From: Octopus sinensis
Lineage: Eukaryota
Assembly (NCBI RefSeq): GCF_006345805.1
Contig: NC_042998.1
Coordinates: 187,240,001-187,304,000 of the forward strand
DNA length: 64,000 nucleotides
Direction of reading: 5' to 3'
A model generated the notes under the pieces. The model searched no databases and was not told the DNA's origin. It saw nothing but the letters and a program-made list of their open reading frames with translations. Below are positions 1 to 12,288 of this stretch, one piece after another. Position 1 is the first letter of the stretch; every line of letters starts with the position of its first letter. The position numbers and the translations under genes were made by a program.

Positions 1-451
1 ATTCAACCTCTCAAGTGTTCATGTCTCATAAACACACCCAGTGCACTCTGAAGTAGTTGGGGATAGGAAGGGCACCCAGTCATAGAAACGAACTGACATG
101 TATGAACATCATTTTATAGAAGCAGCAGCTCCCAAGAAGAGAGGGATGAAATGACTCAGACCTGGTACTACCTGACCAAGCCTTGCTGGTGTAAAAGTGA
201 TGACTATATATAATGAAGAGCCTCAAGGTAAACTTCGTATAGGTGCTAATAAGTGGGATAAAAGACAGGTCCCCAGCACCATCAGCAAATAAATGGCCAT
301 GCTTGATAGCAGAAGTGGAATTCTATGTGCTGTACTCAGCATTAGCTATGGACACACAAGATTACAATTATTTATGTTGTTCGAAAAATTGTGAAAAAGA
401 ATTGTATGGGTCCTTGATTTAGCTTTGAACTAATTCGGATTAAACAGACTA

Positions 452-660
452 CTTGTGTGGAGCACTGCATCCTTCAAAACTTCCATGCTTTCTGAGATTT
501 GTCAATACTACACCTGATTTTCTCCCCTCCATACACACGCAAGCATGTATCTGACTCATACACTGTTCACTTTCCAGGCATTCGTGCATTACTGCATATA
601 CTTTATACACATTTTCTGACAAGTTGTGGTGCACCTGAGCACTGTATACAATAATTTCAT
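452..660 (+). mobile_element. CR1-type LINE 3' end fragment
   Basis: Near-identical to the 3' end of the CR1 copy at 25015-25545, in the opposite orientation. Confidence 0.8.
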
Positions 661-1060
661 TATATTATAATGGACAAAAATATCTAGATCACGGTCCTGA
701 AGTGCATGACCATATAATAACTGCAAAGTATATGGAGAATAAAATTGGTGCAGGTATAGCTCCCTGGTTAATACCAAGTTCTGTTCCAACAGAGCATATT
801 TGTTTTATTTTTTTAGTTAAATTATATCTCTATACTCATGTATTGGTTGATAAACACATCAACAAACTTAGATGACCGACCACAACTTTTCCAAAGATCC
901 TCCATGGTGCGTTTCTATCCCTAAGTCAAAGGCTTTCATTAGATCATTGGCATAAACTTTTTTGTTTGATGACTGAGAATGAACCATGATGTGATGAATT
1001 TGTGAAAAGATGCTGATATTTCAATATTTTGAAGTTAGACAACATTCAACCAGTCTGGAA
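660..1060 (-). mobile_element. Highly decayed RTE-clade LINE reverse-transcriptase fragment
   Basis: Frame-shifted minus-strand translations DLMKAFD.., WRIFGK..SKFVDVF and GINQGAIPAPILFSIYF resemble RTE RT motifs (DLTKAFD; GVKQGCVLAPTLFS). Confidence 0.55.
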
Positions 1061-1554
1061 CGGCATGGTTTTTGATACAAACTTTTTCTTAGCAATTAAC
1101 TTCACATTTGCTCATATAAGGTAGCAGCCCATCTAACCTATAGCCCCATGCAATTCTTTGATACTACAAAGATCATGAATGTAATGTTTATTTATTGTAA
1201 CCCTGTTTCAGCCAAGAGTGTATCTAGTTAACTCTATACTTGAATTTATGATGGAATAGTATATTACATAATACAGTTCAGAACATAGCAGCAGCAGGCA
1301 AAGATCACTATAAATGGTGTATATACAGTACAGACAGAGAAGATAGTCATATGACAGCATGAAGCAGTGTTTAATTATTTTGTCATTCGCACTGATTGGC
1401 AATTCATCTCACCTATTAGTTAGGTTCTTCCCAATCACAAAACCAATGCTGCCCTCTTGTTTCTCATTTATTGGTTCATCAATCCAAATGAAACACTAAC
1501 CACAAACCATTTAATTAACTTAACTTACCTTACTCTAATCATCATGATTTAAAA

Positions 1555-1745
1555 AAGGGTGGTAATATTAGTTTAAAATTTTGACACAAGGCCAGCAATT
1601 TTGGGGAGAGAGTAAGTCAGTTACATCAACCCCAGTGCTCAACTGGTACTTTTTATTGTTGACCCCCAAAAAGGATGAAAGGCAAAGTCGACCTCCACGA
1701 ATTTTGACAAAATACTGCTGAGTATTTTGCCCAGCTTGCCACCTT
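1555..1745 (-). mobile_element. SINE, family B2 (tRNA head plus Deu/Nin-like central domain)
   Basis: Shares GACTTTGCCTTTCATCC..AAGTACCAG with the other B copies in the window. Confidence 0.7.
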
Positions 1746-1819
1746 AAAAAGGAAAGTAATCTCTTGATATTGTATCAGTCAAGCTCTGCTACATCAAAAG
1801 GAATATGGCAGCTGTTGAG

Positions 1820-2160
1820 TTGAGACCCCCTTCAGTCATGACTGACCATGGGATTGCACCTAGAAAGTTACCCTCCCAGGCACAAGTCCGGGCAAGGTTG
1901 TTTATGGAAGAGCAGCAGCCGCCCATGCATACCGGCCTCCCCTCTCCACACCACCAGTGTTATCCAAGGGAAAGGCAACGGCCGATACAGCTTGGCACCT
2001 GTGACGTCGCAACTCATTTCTACAGCTGAGTGAACTGGAGCAAAGTGAAATAAAGTGTCTTGCTCAAGAACACAACATGTAGCCTGGTCCGGGATTTGAA
2101 CTCACAACCTCACGATTGTAAGCTTGACACTCTAACCACTGAGTCATGTGCTTTCACTAT
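1820..2160 (-). mobile_element. SINE with tRNA-like head, CORE-like TTCTTGAGCAAGACAC segment and a distinct tail
   Basis: The head at 2090-2160 has A/B-box-like motifs. The tail 1820-2030 recurs at ~56985-57170. Confidence 0.65.
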
Positions 2161-2461
2161 CATCATCCAGCAATAATCATACATTCCAGTGACACATCCA
2201 TTGATATATCCTTCACTTGCCAAAAGAAACTTTACATTTGTTGTTCTCACTGAATTTACTGCCATTTAGCATCTGTGCTACCATGGGTTAGATGGGGAGT
2301 TGTTTGAGATAAAATTCCATGGATGACTGCTCTTCCTGTTGTCAAATCTTATCTATTTTCCAAGAAAAGGTTTACTTTTTATTTTAAAGGGCAGAACTCA
2401 AGCAGCGAAAAACATGGATTATCAACATTCAAGATTATTCATGTGTGGGTATAAGTATGCA

Positions 2462-2500
<39 letters not shown>

Positions 2501-3299
2501 TGGGCTTCCTGCAGTTTCAGTCATCAATTTCACTCACAAGCCATTGGTTATTTAGGACTACAGTAAAAATAAGACATGTCATATGACTGTCATATTTCTC
2601 TCCAAATGTCTGTCTTCCATGACATTTTTGAGGTCTTCTATTTCATGTGTGGCATCATGAGAGAGCTGATGAATGTATGTCATTCTGGGTCATCTGACAT
2701 GAGAATTCTCATCGCTTGGAATCCACAAAAGGTTTTTGGTCCTGGCAACTCACCTGAAACAATAGACAGAAGACACCCAAAGTGTTGTGCAGTGGGGCTG
2801 AACCCCAAACCATGAAGTTGTGAAGCAAATGTCTTAACAAAACAGCTATATCTGCATACATCAATCTACTCTTTCTCTCTCTCTCTCTCTCTTTCTTTCT
2901 CTCTCTCTCTCTCTCTCTTATATAATGATGTGTACACACACACACACACACACAGGATAACACCTCAGTGGTCTAGATATGTTCCTAAAAAGGCAGTGCT
3001 AAACTGGGTTATTGTAACAGCATAAATAAGAATATGAGTTTAAAAGGTTATTTTTAGCACTGATATGTACGCAAATGAAGGTGATATATATCTATAGATA
3101 GCTACATAGAGATTCAATGTTGAATTTTGTAAACCCTCAATAATAACTTTAGAGAGCCTCAAACATTGTAATGCTACATATTGTGATCTAAAGCTATGAC
3201 AGAATCAGAAAACAAGTTTAATTAAGATTTAATGTGATAAAAATTACTAAACAGATTACATCCATCGACTTTAAGTACACAAGCATCTCTCTCTATCCG

Positions 3300-3748
3300 C
3301 TCAGTCAAAGTCGACTCTCGGTCACTCGTTGGATCAGTGTCCTCCAGTCAGTTCTATCCTGGGCCGCTTCTTTCAGATTGGCTATGTTCATTCCGGTATC
3401 ACTCTTGATGGTGTCAAGCCAGCGGGTTTTTGGTCGGCCTCCTCCTCTCTTGCCACTGACCATTCCGAGCATGATGTCCTTCTCCAGGGATTTTCTCCGC
3501 ATAATATGACCAAAATATGCCAATCTATGCTTGGTGAGCCTAGCTTCTAGTGACATTTTCGGCCCTATCTGCTTAAGAACTTCTCCATTGGTGAGCCTCA
3601 CTGTCCATGGAATCCGTAAAAGTCTTCTCCAACACCAAATCTCAAATGCATTAATTCCCTTCTGGTCAGCTTTTTTTAGTGTCCGGGTTTCGCATCTATA
3701 TGTTGCTATTGGGAAGACAATCGCAGTCACCAAGCATACTCACCATTA
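3300..3748 (-). mobile_element. RTE-clade (BovB-like) LINE, 5'-truncated 3' end
   Basis: ORF 3305-3733: ..IVFPIATYRCETRTLKKADQKGINAFEIWCWRRLLRIPWT..LAYFGHIMRRKSLEKDIMLGMVSGKRGGGRPKTRWLD.., the typical RTE C-terminal region. Confidence 0.9.
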
Positions 3749-3892
3749 ATTCAGTTGAAAAACAACAGTGCAGAATAGGACAGAGGATGTTATAAACAAA
3801 ATGAAGATCCAGGCACTGGTTCTTCACACATTGGTTACCTTTTGATGAAGCATCTGTCTACATTACCTTGAATGTTTCCTCATGAGGCAGTT

Positions 3893-4278
3893 TACTCTTT
3901 ACTCTTTTTTACTCTTTTACTTGTTTCAGTCATTTGACTGCGGCCATGCTGGAGCACCGCCTTTAATCGAGCAACTCGACCCCAGGACTTATTCTTTTGT
4001 AAGCCCAGTACTTATTCTATCGGTCTGTTTTGCCAAACCGCTAAGTAACGGGGATATAAACACACCAGCATCGGTTGTCAAGCAATGCTAGGGGGACAAA
4101 CACAGACACACAAACACACACACGCATATATATATATACGACGGGCTTCTTTCAGTTTCCGTCTACCAAATCCACTCACAAAGCTTTGGCCGGCCCATGG
4201 TGCCACGGAGTGGAACCGAACCCGGAACCATGTGGTTGGTAAGCAAGCTACTTACCACACAGCCACTCCTGCGCCTAT
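3893..4278 (-). mobile_element. SINE family A (tRNA-derived head, CORE-like; octopus OR-type by resemblance)
   Basis: Head GGCGCAGGAGTGGCTGTGTGGTAAG.., body and (GAGTAAAA)n tail shared with many copies in the window. Confidence 0.85.
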
Positions 4279-4329
4279 GGAAGCAGAATACGATTTCTTG
4301 ATCACTTCTTTTAGTCTCATAACTGCACT

Positions 4330-4945
4330 CCCAGTTAGGAATTATTCTCAGCAAACTGGTCCATGACTTCCATAATTTTCCTGATGTTGTTACTAAGGAA
4401 TTCAGTGGCAAGAATTCTTTCTGAATTACTGGCTCTCCAGTTGGGTCTTTGGATTAATTATTTATGTGTTGATACGCTAACTCCTGCAGCTCTTCAATGG
4501 ATAAACTCTTATTGTCAGACGCTTATTAATTCTTCCATTCCTTCCTCATTGATATTTTGCATTCTCCCTTCATTGGCCAGCTGGATGATGTCATTGATGG
4601 CTACTGGAATTATTTCATAAATTTCCTGGAAGTCACTGCATGCTACTAGCCATAGGTTTTTGAAATTGTATGCAGTTCCCAATTACTTTGTCACAGGCTG
4701 CTTTGATATGACCATCATTGTATGGTTGGTTTTCTTAAAATTCCTTATAAATTATCTTGATTACTCTTTCTTGTTCGAAAGCACAACAAAAGCAGTTGGT
4801 TTTGGTATTAGAAATTATACCCTGATTCATAGATTGAAGTAAGGAACTAAGAATGCATGTCTGAAGGTAGGTGAGATGTTAGAGATGAGACTTACCAGCA
4901 GTTCCTTAAAGTTATGTTCTTTGCCATATTTTATCACTATTGGAC
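4330..4945 (-). pseudogene. Tigger/pogo-type DDE transposase remnant with multiple stops and frameshifts
   Basis: Minus-strand fragments SLLQSMNQGIISN (cf. SLLQPMDQGII), FKNLWLVACSDFQE (cf. WKKLWP..HDFEGF) and IIQLANEGRMQNINEEGMEELIS..KSLSIEELQEL (Tigger C-terminus), in the expected order. Confidence 0.7.
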
Positions 4946-4946
4946 A

Positions 4947-4947
<1 letters not shown>

Positions 4948-5026
<79 letters not shown>

Positions 5027-5070
5027 GGTGGTGGTGGTGGTGGTGGTGGTGGTGAGGAGGAGGAGGAGGA
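4948..5070 (+). repeat. Compound trinucleotide microsatellite (AAT)n(GAT)n(GGT)n(GGA)n
   Basis: Read directly. Confidence 0.97.
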
Positions 5071-5420
5071 TATAGACGCATACACAAATGTGCATGCAAC
5101 TACACACACACACACACACACACACAAAACCAATCAATCACACACACTAGGTGCAATGTAGTTTGTTTTTCCCAAGCATTTCTGGAGGAACTTTTTTCAC
5201 TTTCGGATTAGCTCTGAGCTTCTCTTTGTACTTCGTTTTTCCTTCCATTGTGGTGCTGGTTACATATGGACTTTTGGAATTCTGTTGTCACCCATTCTGA
5301 CATGATTAATTCATCATAATTGGGATTGAAAAGAATGGATTCAATACCATCAGTTTTATATTTAGAGAACAGGTCAGTGTATTATAAAAGTGTGTGTGAC
5401 GGAGAGAGAGAGAGAGAAAG

Positions 5421-5580
5421 AGTATGTGTATATGGGAGAGAGAGAGAAGGAGTATGTGTAAATGGGAGAGAGAGAGAAGGAGTATGTGTATATGGGAGAG
5501 AGAGAGAAGGAGTATGTGTAAATGGGAGAGAGAGAGAAGGAGTATGTGTATATGGGAGAGAGAGAGAGAAAGAGTATGTG
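5421..5580 (+). repeat. 30-bp minisatellite, five units plus a partial sixth
   Basis: AGTATGTGTA[T/A]ATGGGAGAGAGAGAGAAGG starting at 5421, 5451, 5481, 5511 and 5541. Confidence 0.95.
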
Positions 5581-6409
5581 TGCATGGTGGTGTGTTTACA
5601 TCCCTGTAACTTAGCAGTTCAGCAAAACAGACCGATAGAACAAGTACTTGGCTTTCAAAGAATAAGTCCTGGAGTCGATTTGCTCGACTAAAGGCTGTGC
5701 TCCAACATGGCCACAGTCAAATGACTGAAACAAGTAAAAGAGTAAAAAGAGAAAGAGTATAGCTAAGCTCTTCAACTCACTACAAATGTCCTCCAACTCA
5801 CTGTAAATGACTCCACCCCTATTCGACACAAGTGACTCATAACTTCTATAGATGCTCGGCCTCATAAGCTCTGACAGCTATTCACACTCACCACGCATCT
5901 ATAATATTGTTTAAACTTTATTCCAAAGCTCAAGTTTCCTCTTGAAGGCTAAAGCATAATTGTGAACCACATTAAAATATCAGGCATTTTTCTAAGGCAG
6001 CACTGCTGATACATACACAAGCATTGTAGATCATATTTCAATGGCAAAGGCCAGTCAGCTGACTGATGGGTCTACAGTCATTCATTTCCCTGGTTTACTT
6101 TTCCTTCCCTTTGTCTCTTCTGCTTCTACTATGATAGCTAATTCTCTTCTGCATTGATATGCTGCGTACCCACTCCACCAAAGCCCTATGTAAGACATTC
6201 CTTCATCATTCCCTCATCAACTCATCATTCTTACTGTGTCTCCCCACCAAACATCATACAAGATTCTTTGCTTCATCCATAACTTACAGAAATTGACATA
6301 AAACATCGATTTTAACCATCTACCAATGAGGTCATGCAAAAGTCATGAGTACCAAATGTCATGAGTACCAACATTAGCTAAATAGGAATAAATGAATGTG
6401 GAGAACTCT

Positions 6410-6715
6410 CTCTCTTTTACTCTTTTACTTGTTTCAGTCGTTTGACTGTGGCCATGCTGGAGCACCGCCTTTAATCGAGCAATTCGACCCTGGGACTTTA
6501 TATACATATATACGACAGGCTTCTTTCAGTTTCCGTCTACCAAATCCACTCACAAGGCTTTGGTCAGTCCGAGGCTATAGGAGAAGACACTTGCCCAAGG
6601 TGCCACGCAGTGGGACTGAACCCGGAACCATGTGGTTGGTAAACAAGCTACTTACCACACAGCCACTCCTGCGCCTATAGCCACTCCTGCACCTATAGCC
6701 ACTCCTGCGCCTATA
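6410..6715 (-). mobile_element. SINE family A, internally deleted, with triplicated 18-bp head
   Basis: Family A sequence lacking the central part; GCCACTCCTGCGCCTATA x3 at 6662-6715. Confidence 0.85.
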
Positions 6716-7105
6716 AAAAAAGAAATAAAACAAGCAACAGTTCTTTATAAAATACTGATCGTTGCTACCAAATTAGTGTCTAAATGATCTGTAAAATTAC
6801 TATTCCTTCTAATTCTTGTGAATTTGTTCATTAAAAAAAACATCTTTTAGGTAGTTTGGATAATTTAATACATTTAAATATAAAGACATTTCTAACTTTA
6901 AATATGTTATTGTTCTCTGTGCTACATTGTGAATGTAAAATATGACATTGTAAGAAAGTCACTATAAAATCATTATTTTTCTATTTTTTAATGTGAATAT
7001 TTGTACTTGATTATAGTAAAATACAGCTGTCTGTTTTTCACTTCAACTCAACTTCAATTGATTGGATTGATGAAAGAGTTGAGAATATTTGTGCTTATAT
7101 ATTAG

Positions 7106-7327
7106 CCCTTTAGCATTTAAACCGGCCATATCCGGCCAAAAGTATTCTGCCTGTTTTATGTTCAAACTGGCTAGATCTGGTCTCTTACGCCAACCCTACA
7201 ATATCATTTTAAAAATTAACAGCTACCTCATCGAAATCTCATAGCTACAAGATAAATGCATGATTAGTTCAAAACAATGTGGATAAAGGAGCATTAATTT
7301 TGGCAGAATAATGTGAACACTAAAGGG
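7106..7327. mobile_element. piggyBac-type MITE
   Basis: Termini CCCTTTAG..CTAAAGGG flanked by TTAG/TTGA (decayed TTAA). Related copies at ~8828-9044 and 55564-55739. Confidence 0.75.
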
Positions 7328-7892
7328 TTGAATTGACTTCTTCAAAAATGTCCTCCCAAAAGAGAATTCAAAATGTGTCTCTCCTTTTTCAAGAAATCAC
7401 AACCAAGATGCATTTTACAACAGCATACCAGGAATTTCTGTCTCACATTAACTTTGGTTGATCTTTAATTTCGTTGTCTTCTGTTGGGTGAGGAAGCCTT
7501 CAAAATATAACATCTGATATATATATCTGTTGCTCTGCACAAGAGAACAGCCAGCAAAGCCTATGTAACTATTAAATTTAACTGGTGGATGTTGCAGATT
7601 GAGATGAGGAAAATTAAAGAAGATGCTGAGTGTTGCATAGTTAATCATTTCTGGATGCATTGAAAGAAATTGATGCAAGATGATATATATATATAATACA
7701 AATAAGAAAATGGAGAAACAATTTAGTTTGTTCATCAACTTTCAGATATTAGAATGTTGAACTATTTATTCATTTAACAAAATGAGAACCTTAATAGCAT
7801 ACATATATACCTTATAATTCAATACATATAAGATAAGAATACAAATTATAAAAATCATAATATAAATTATTGAAATCATTAAAATCACTCCT

Positions 7893-8022
7893 TACAGCTG
7901 TTTCAGCCTATGGTTAAAAGTATTTTTTAAAATTTTTATTGCCTATAGTTGTCAATTATATTGAGGTTGTAGGCATTTAAAAATAGGGTACTTATATATT
8001 TAACCATAGGCCTCATCAGAGA
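7893..8022 (-). ncRNA. Type I hammerhead ribozyme-like motif (minimal, Penelope/retrozyme type) with long stem II insert
   Basis: Minus strand reads ucu-CUGAUGA-GGCCUAUGGUUAAA-(~80 nt)-UUUAACCAUAGGCU-GAAAC-AGCU-GUA-agg. Full core, 14-bp stem II, palindromic AGCU stem III loop and GUA site. Stem I is only ~3 bp. Confidence 0.6.
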
Positions 8023-8247
8023 TTATAAAGAACTCCAAATGCTAGCTAGATGGTTGAGTAGATAGGTAGGTAGGTAGGTGATTTTATTCAACTGTTATGA
8101 GTTTTTCAAAACTGCTATGAGTTGGAAGTAAATACAAATTTTAATCTTCTTTCATAGAGGATCTCTTGTAGAAGGCTACTACTAAGTGGATATGAAGTTC
8201 ACTCATAGTTAGTTACCAGTGTGGTGTGGTGTGGTGTGGTGTGTGTG

Positions 8248-8282
<35 letters not shown>

Positions 8283-8827
8283 GTTTGTGTGTGTGTACGC
8301 ATGCACATGTGTGTACATTGTGTATGTATGTGTGAAATCTAGGTCTTTGATTTCTACATAGCAGAAGTAAACTTGTCTGCAAGTGGCCAAAGAAAAGAGA
8401 ATGTTTTTTTCTATGGGTGTCTTGAATTTATCACCCTCCTAAAGCTGAACTAGGTCGTTAGCAATGGAAGTGAATGTGAACAGGCTTGTCTCGACTGAGC
8501 TCTCGTCTTCACTAAAGACAGTGGTGAACTTATAAATTCTAAGTACAAAATTCCAAATGCAACAGAAATGAACATTAAGAGTGAGGTTTCAGTTCTTGGT
8601 TACAAATTTAGCGTAGATCCCTAACTACCTTGTATTGAGCAACAGTTGTAGAGATGGATGGAATGTGACCATAAATCTCCTCTTTGGTCTTGTGTTCATA
8701 CCACATGCTGTTTTGAACCCCCACAAGAAAAGAATGTCTATTAACATGAGAAATTCTAATGACATGTGCTGTTCCTTCCCTATTGACACCTACTGATTAT
8801 TACAATAATCAACTCAATAATATCTAA

Positions 8828-9044
8828 ACCTTTAGCATTGAAACCAGTCATATCCAGCCAAAATATTCTACCTGTTTTATATTCAAACCAGCCGGATTCA
8901 GCCTCTTACACCTGTCTTACAATATCATTCCTTAAGTAAAGAGTCACATCATGGAAATCTCACAGCTATGAGATAATGCATGACTAATTCAAAACAATGT
9001 GAATAAATAAGTATTACATTTGACAGAGTAATCTGAGTACTAAA
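8828..9044. mobile_element. piggyBac-type MITE, decayed copy
   Basis: Colinear similarity to 7106-7327. Confidence 0.65.
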
Positions 9045-10149
9045 TATGTATTTTGACAATTGGCATTCCTTACTGTCCTTAATTTTAAGCTACAGGGAGT
9101 GGAGAGGAAATAATCAAAAGAAACAAATACATTTTATGCTTTCTTTGTTGTATTTCCTGACTTGGCACAAAATTGATGTCACAGAGTTTTTCTTGTCCTC
9201 TAGTGGGGCGAGTAAAAATAGATAAGTGCGATCTTTTCTTTTACTGCAACAAAAAGACTTTTGTTCATCCATCCATATATAGGCTTGGAAGTTCATATAT
9301 TACAAAGGTGAAACTGCTCACATAAGTGATCATGTTTATGTGAAGGAAGTTCAAACTTATTGATATCCTGTTACAGGAAAGACATTATACGCCATGGATT
9401 GTTCTATATATCTTCTATTTTTGACTCATATGTTCTCTGTCACTTGCACCACTTTTATCTGAGTTTATACAATACACCATTCCTCCATACTCCATAAATC
9501 ACTTTGGCATTTTCTCAATTATTTCTGTAAGAGAAGGAGGGGAAGGAGAACTAGTTGTTTGTTTGATAATATATTTGATACAAATTTCTTTAATATTTGA
9601 AAAAATAAATTATTGATTTTTTTTCATATCATTTTAAATTTATGAGAGTTAATGTATGGCTTTAGCACATATAATAGCCTGTGTTTTTATATAATTTTTT
9701 TTTACCAGAATTGGTCAATTAGGTAATGATTTGTTCTCAGCATTGTGGGTGTGATTTTAATTAATTAAATTTTTTCGGTTTACAACATCAAGTATGCTAT
9801 CATTCCCTTTACTATTAAATTTTCACCATCATCAACATCATCCTCATTATCACCACCACCACCACCACCATCATCATCATCATATGTCCACTTTCTCTAT
9901 GTTTGCATGTGTCAGATGGAATTCATTAAGGTAGATTTCTATGGACAGATGCTCTACTTCTCATCAACCCAAACCTGTTTTCCAGGCATGGTAATATTCA
10001 CTCCAGTCCTTTAAACATCAACTGCATGATGACCATACATGTTTCCAAGGAAGATTGGCAATCAAAGATTCTGCTTCTATGATGGTGGCATTCATTTACA
10101 ATTAGCATGTGACACAAATACATACACACAGATAAAGTCTCAAACACAC

Positions 10150-10282
10150 ATACACGTATGTATGTGCATGTATGTGTGTGTGTGTATCTGTGTATCTATC
10201 TGTGTATCAATCAGTCTAGCTATCTATCTATCTGTCTGTCTGTCTGTCTGTCTGTCTGTATGTATGTCTGTCTGTCTATCTG

Positions 10283-10353
<71 letters not shown>

Positions 10354-10365
10354 GTGTGTGTATAG
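10150..10365 (+). repeat. (TG)n / (CTAT)n / (CTGT)n compound microsatellite
   Basis: Read directly. Confidence 0.95.
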
Positions 10366-10367
10366 TC

Positions 10368-10715
10368 ATCATCATCATCATCATCGTTTAACGTCCGCTT
10401 TCCATGCTAGCATGGGTTGGACAGTTCAACTGGGGTCTGGGAAGCCTGAAGGCTGCACCAGGCCAGTCAGATCTGGCAGTGTTTCTACATCTGGATGCCC
10501 TTCCTAACGCCAACCACTCTGTGAGTGTAGTGGGTGCTTTTTACGTGCCGGGGGAGGCTGTCAACAACCATAATCGGTTGGTGCTTTTTACGTACCACCA
10601 GCACGGGAGCCAGTCAAGGCGGCGCTGGCATCAGCCATGTTCGGATGGTGCTTTTTACGTGCCACCGGAACAGGTATCACAACTACAATTCCCATTGTAG
10701 TTGCGATACCATTGT
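10368..10715 (-). mobile_element. Family C repeat (RTE LINE 3' UTR-derived, (GAT)n tail)
   Basis: Contains GGCGTTAGGAAGGGCATCCAG and ends GACGTTAAACGATGATGATG on the minus strand; same sequence as the tail of the RTE at 30645-31218. Confidence 0.85.
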
Positions 10716-10941
10716 TTTAAAAAAAATTAGCTGATGGCTTACTGTGATATCCATGTTTTCTTTAGAGATATTAGCAACATAATGAAAGGGAAACATAACT
10801 AGTAATTAAAATGGATTTTCATTTCCAACTTACAGAGTACTTACATTCTATTTACACATCTTTGTCGTTATTTCAATGTCTATTCTTCCATGTTGGCATG
10901 GTTGGATGGACAGTCATTTAACATTTAGCTACTCCTTTTCA

Positions 10942-11203
10942 GGAAACATTTTTTCACGCTAAGAGTTGCTGAAGTATGGAACAAACTGCCGGCATCAGTT
11001 GTTAGTTGTCGGAGCACTGCATCCTTCAAAACTTCCATACTTCCTAAGATTCGCCAACACTACACCTGATTTTCTCCCCTCCATACACATGCAAGCATGT
11101 ATCTGACTCATACATTGTTTGCTTTCCAGACATTTGTACATTACTGCATATACTCTATACGCACTTTCTGACAAGTTGTGGTGCACCTGAGCACTGTATA
11201 CAA
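10942..11203 (+). mobile_element. CR1-type LINE 3' end fragment
   Basis: ..HFFTLRVAEVWNKLPASVVSC.. followed by the same 3' UTR as 25015-25545. Confidence 0.85.
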
Positions 11204-11889
11204 TTGTATATATCATTATTATTATATTTTATGATCTTATATGCAAAACCTAGTACCTAAGATCTCACCTCATCAGTTTTTCTCATTTCTCTCTTAGCTT
11301 TCTTCTGCCAAGGATACCCTGACTGGTACCACATGACACTTTCATCCTGTGCTCATATATTCATTCCTATTATATCCATGCTATTGCAATTGCTTATTTT
11401 GCATTCATCAACCAATGTCATCAATGCCTAATCACTCTCTCAGCTCACTTGTACTCTCTGTTTAATGTAGTTCAATATTGCACACCTGATAGCTTATGCA
11501 CATCACATTTCTCACCAATATCTCTGTTCAATGTCTATGTCTTGCAATCTGCAATATCATACTTTTATGCATAAAAAAAAGCATGAAGGTCCTTCCTGAG
11601 TCATAGGCTCATAAGGCCAGTTTCTTTGATGCTGTGGTGTATACATCACCCCCAGGATGAGATGCAGGTCTGTCACAGGCTTACTCAATTTTGCCAGCTG
11701 AGTGGACTGGAGCAATGTGAAATGAAGTGTTTTGCTCAAGAATACAATGCATCGTGCAGTCCAGAAATCAAAACCAAAATCACGAGTGCATCGCCCTAAC
11801 CACTTAGCCATGCACCAACACACTTTTATGCATACTTCTCACAATCTGCCTTTTGAATAAAAAAAAAGAACTGCTTCATTGCTAACAGC

Positions 11890-12288
11890 ATAGGCGTAGG
11901 AGTGGCTGTGTAGCTTGTTTACCAACCACATGGTTCCGGGTTCAGTCCCACTGCGTGGCACCTTGGGCAAGTGTTTTCTCCTATAGCCTCGGGCCGAACA
12001 AAGCCTTGTGAGTGGATTTGGTAGACGGAAACTGAAAGAAGCCCGTCGTATATATATATGTGTGTGTATATGTTTGTGTGTCTGTGTTTGTCCCCCCAAC
12101 ATCACTTGATAACCGACGCTGGTGTGTTTACATCACCGTAACTTAGCGGTTCGGCAAAAGAGACTGATAGAATAAGTACTAGGCTTACAAAGAATAAGTC
12201 CTGGGGTCGATTTGCTTGACTAAAGGTGGTGCTCCAGCATGGCCACAGTCATATGACTGAAACAAGTAAAAGAGTAAAGAGTAAAAGA
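11890..12288 (+). mobile_element. SINE family A, full length
   Basis: Head, CCTTGGGCAAGTG CORE-like motif, internal (TG)n and GAGTAAA tail. Confidence 0.88.

Noticed and set aside
2660-2715. CTGATGA followed by an ATGTCA/TGACAT stem
   Set aside because: No correctly placed GAAA or stem III/NUH; at best a heavily decayed motif.
4827-5161. ORFs with poly-H/P/N/D/G runs, and the many YLSI-, CVCV- and THTH-type ORFs elsewhere
   Set aside because: They are translations of microsatellites and SINE bodies, not genes.
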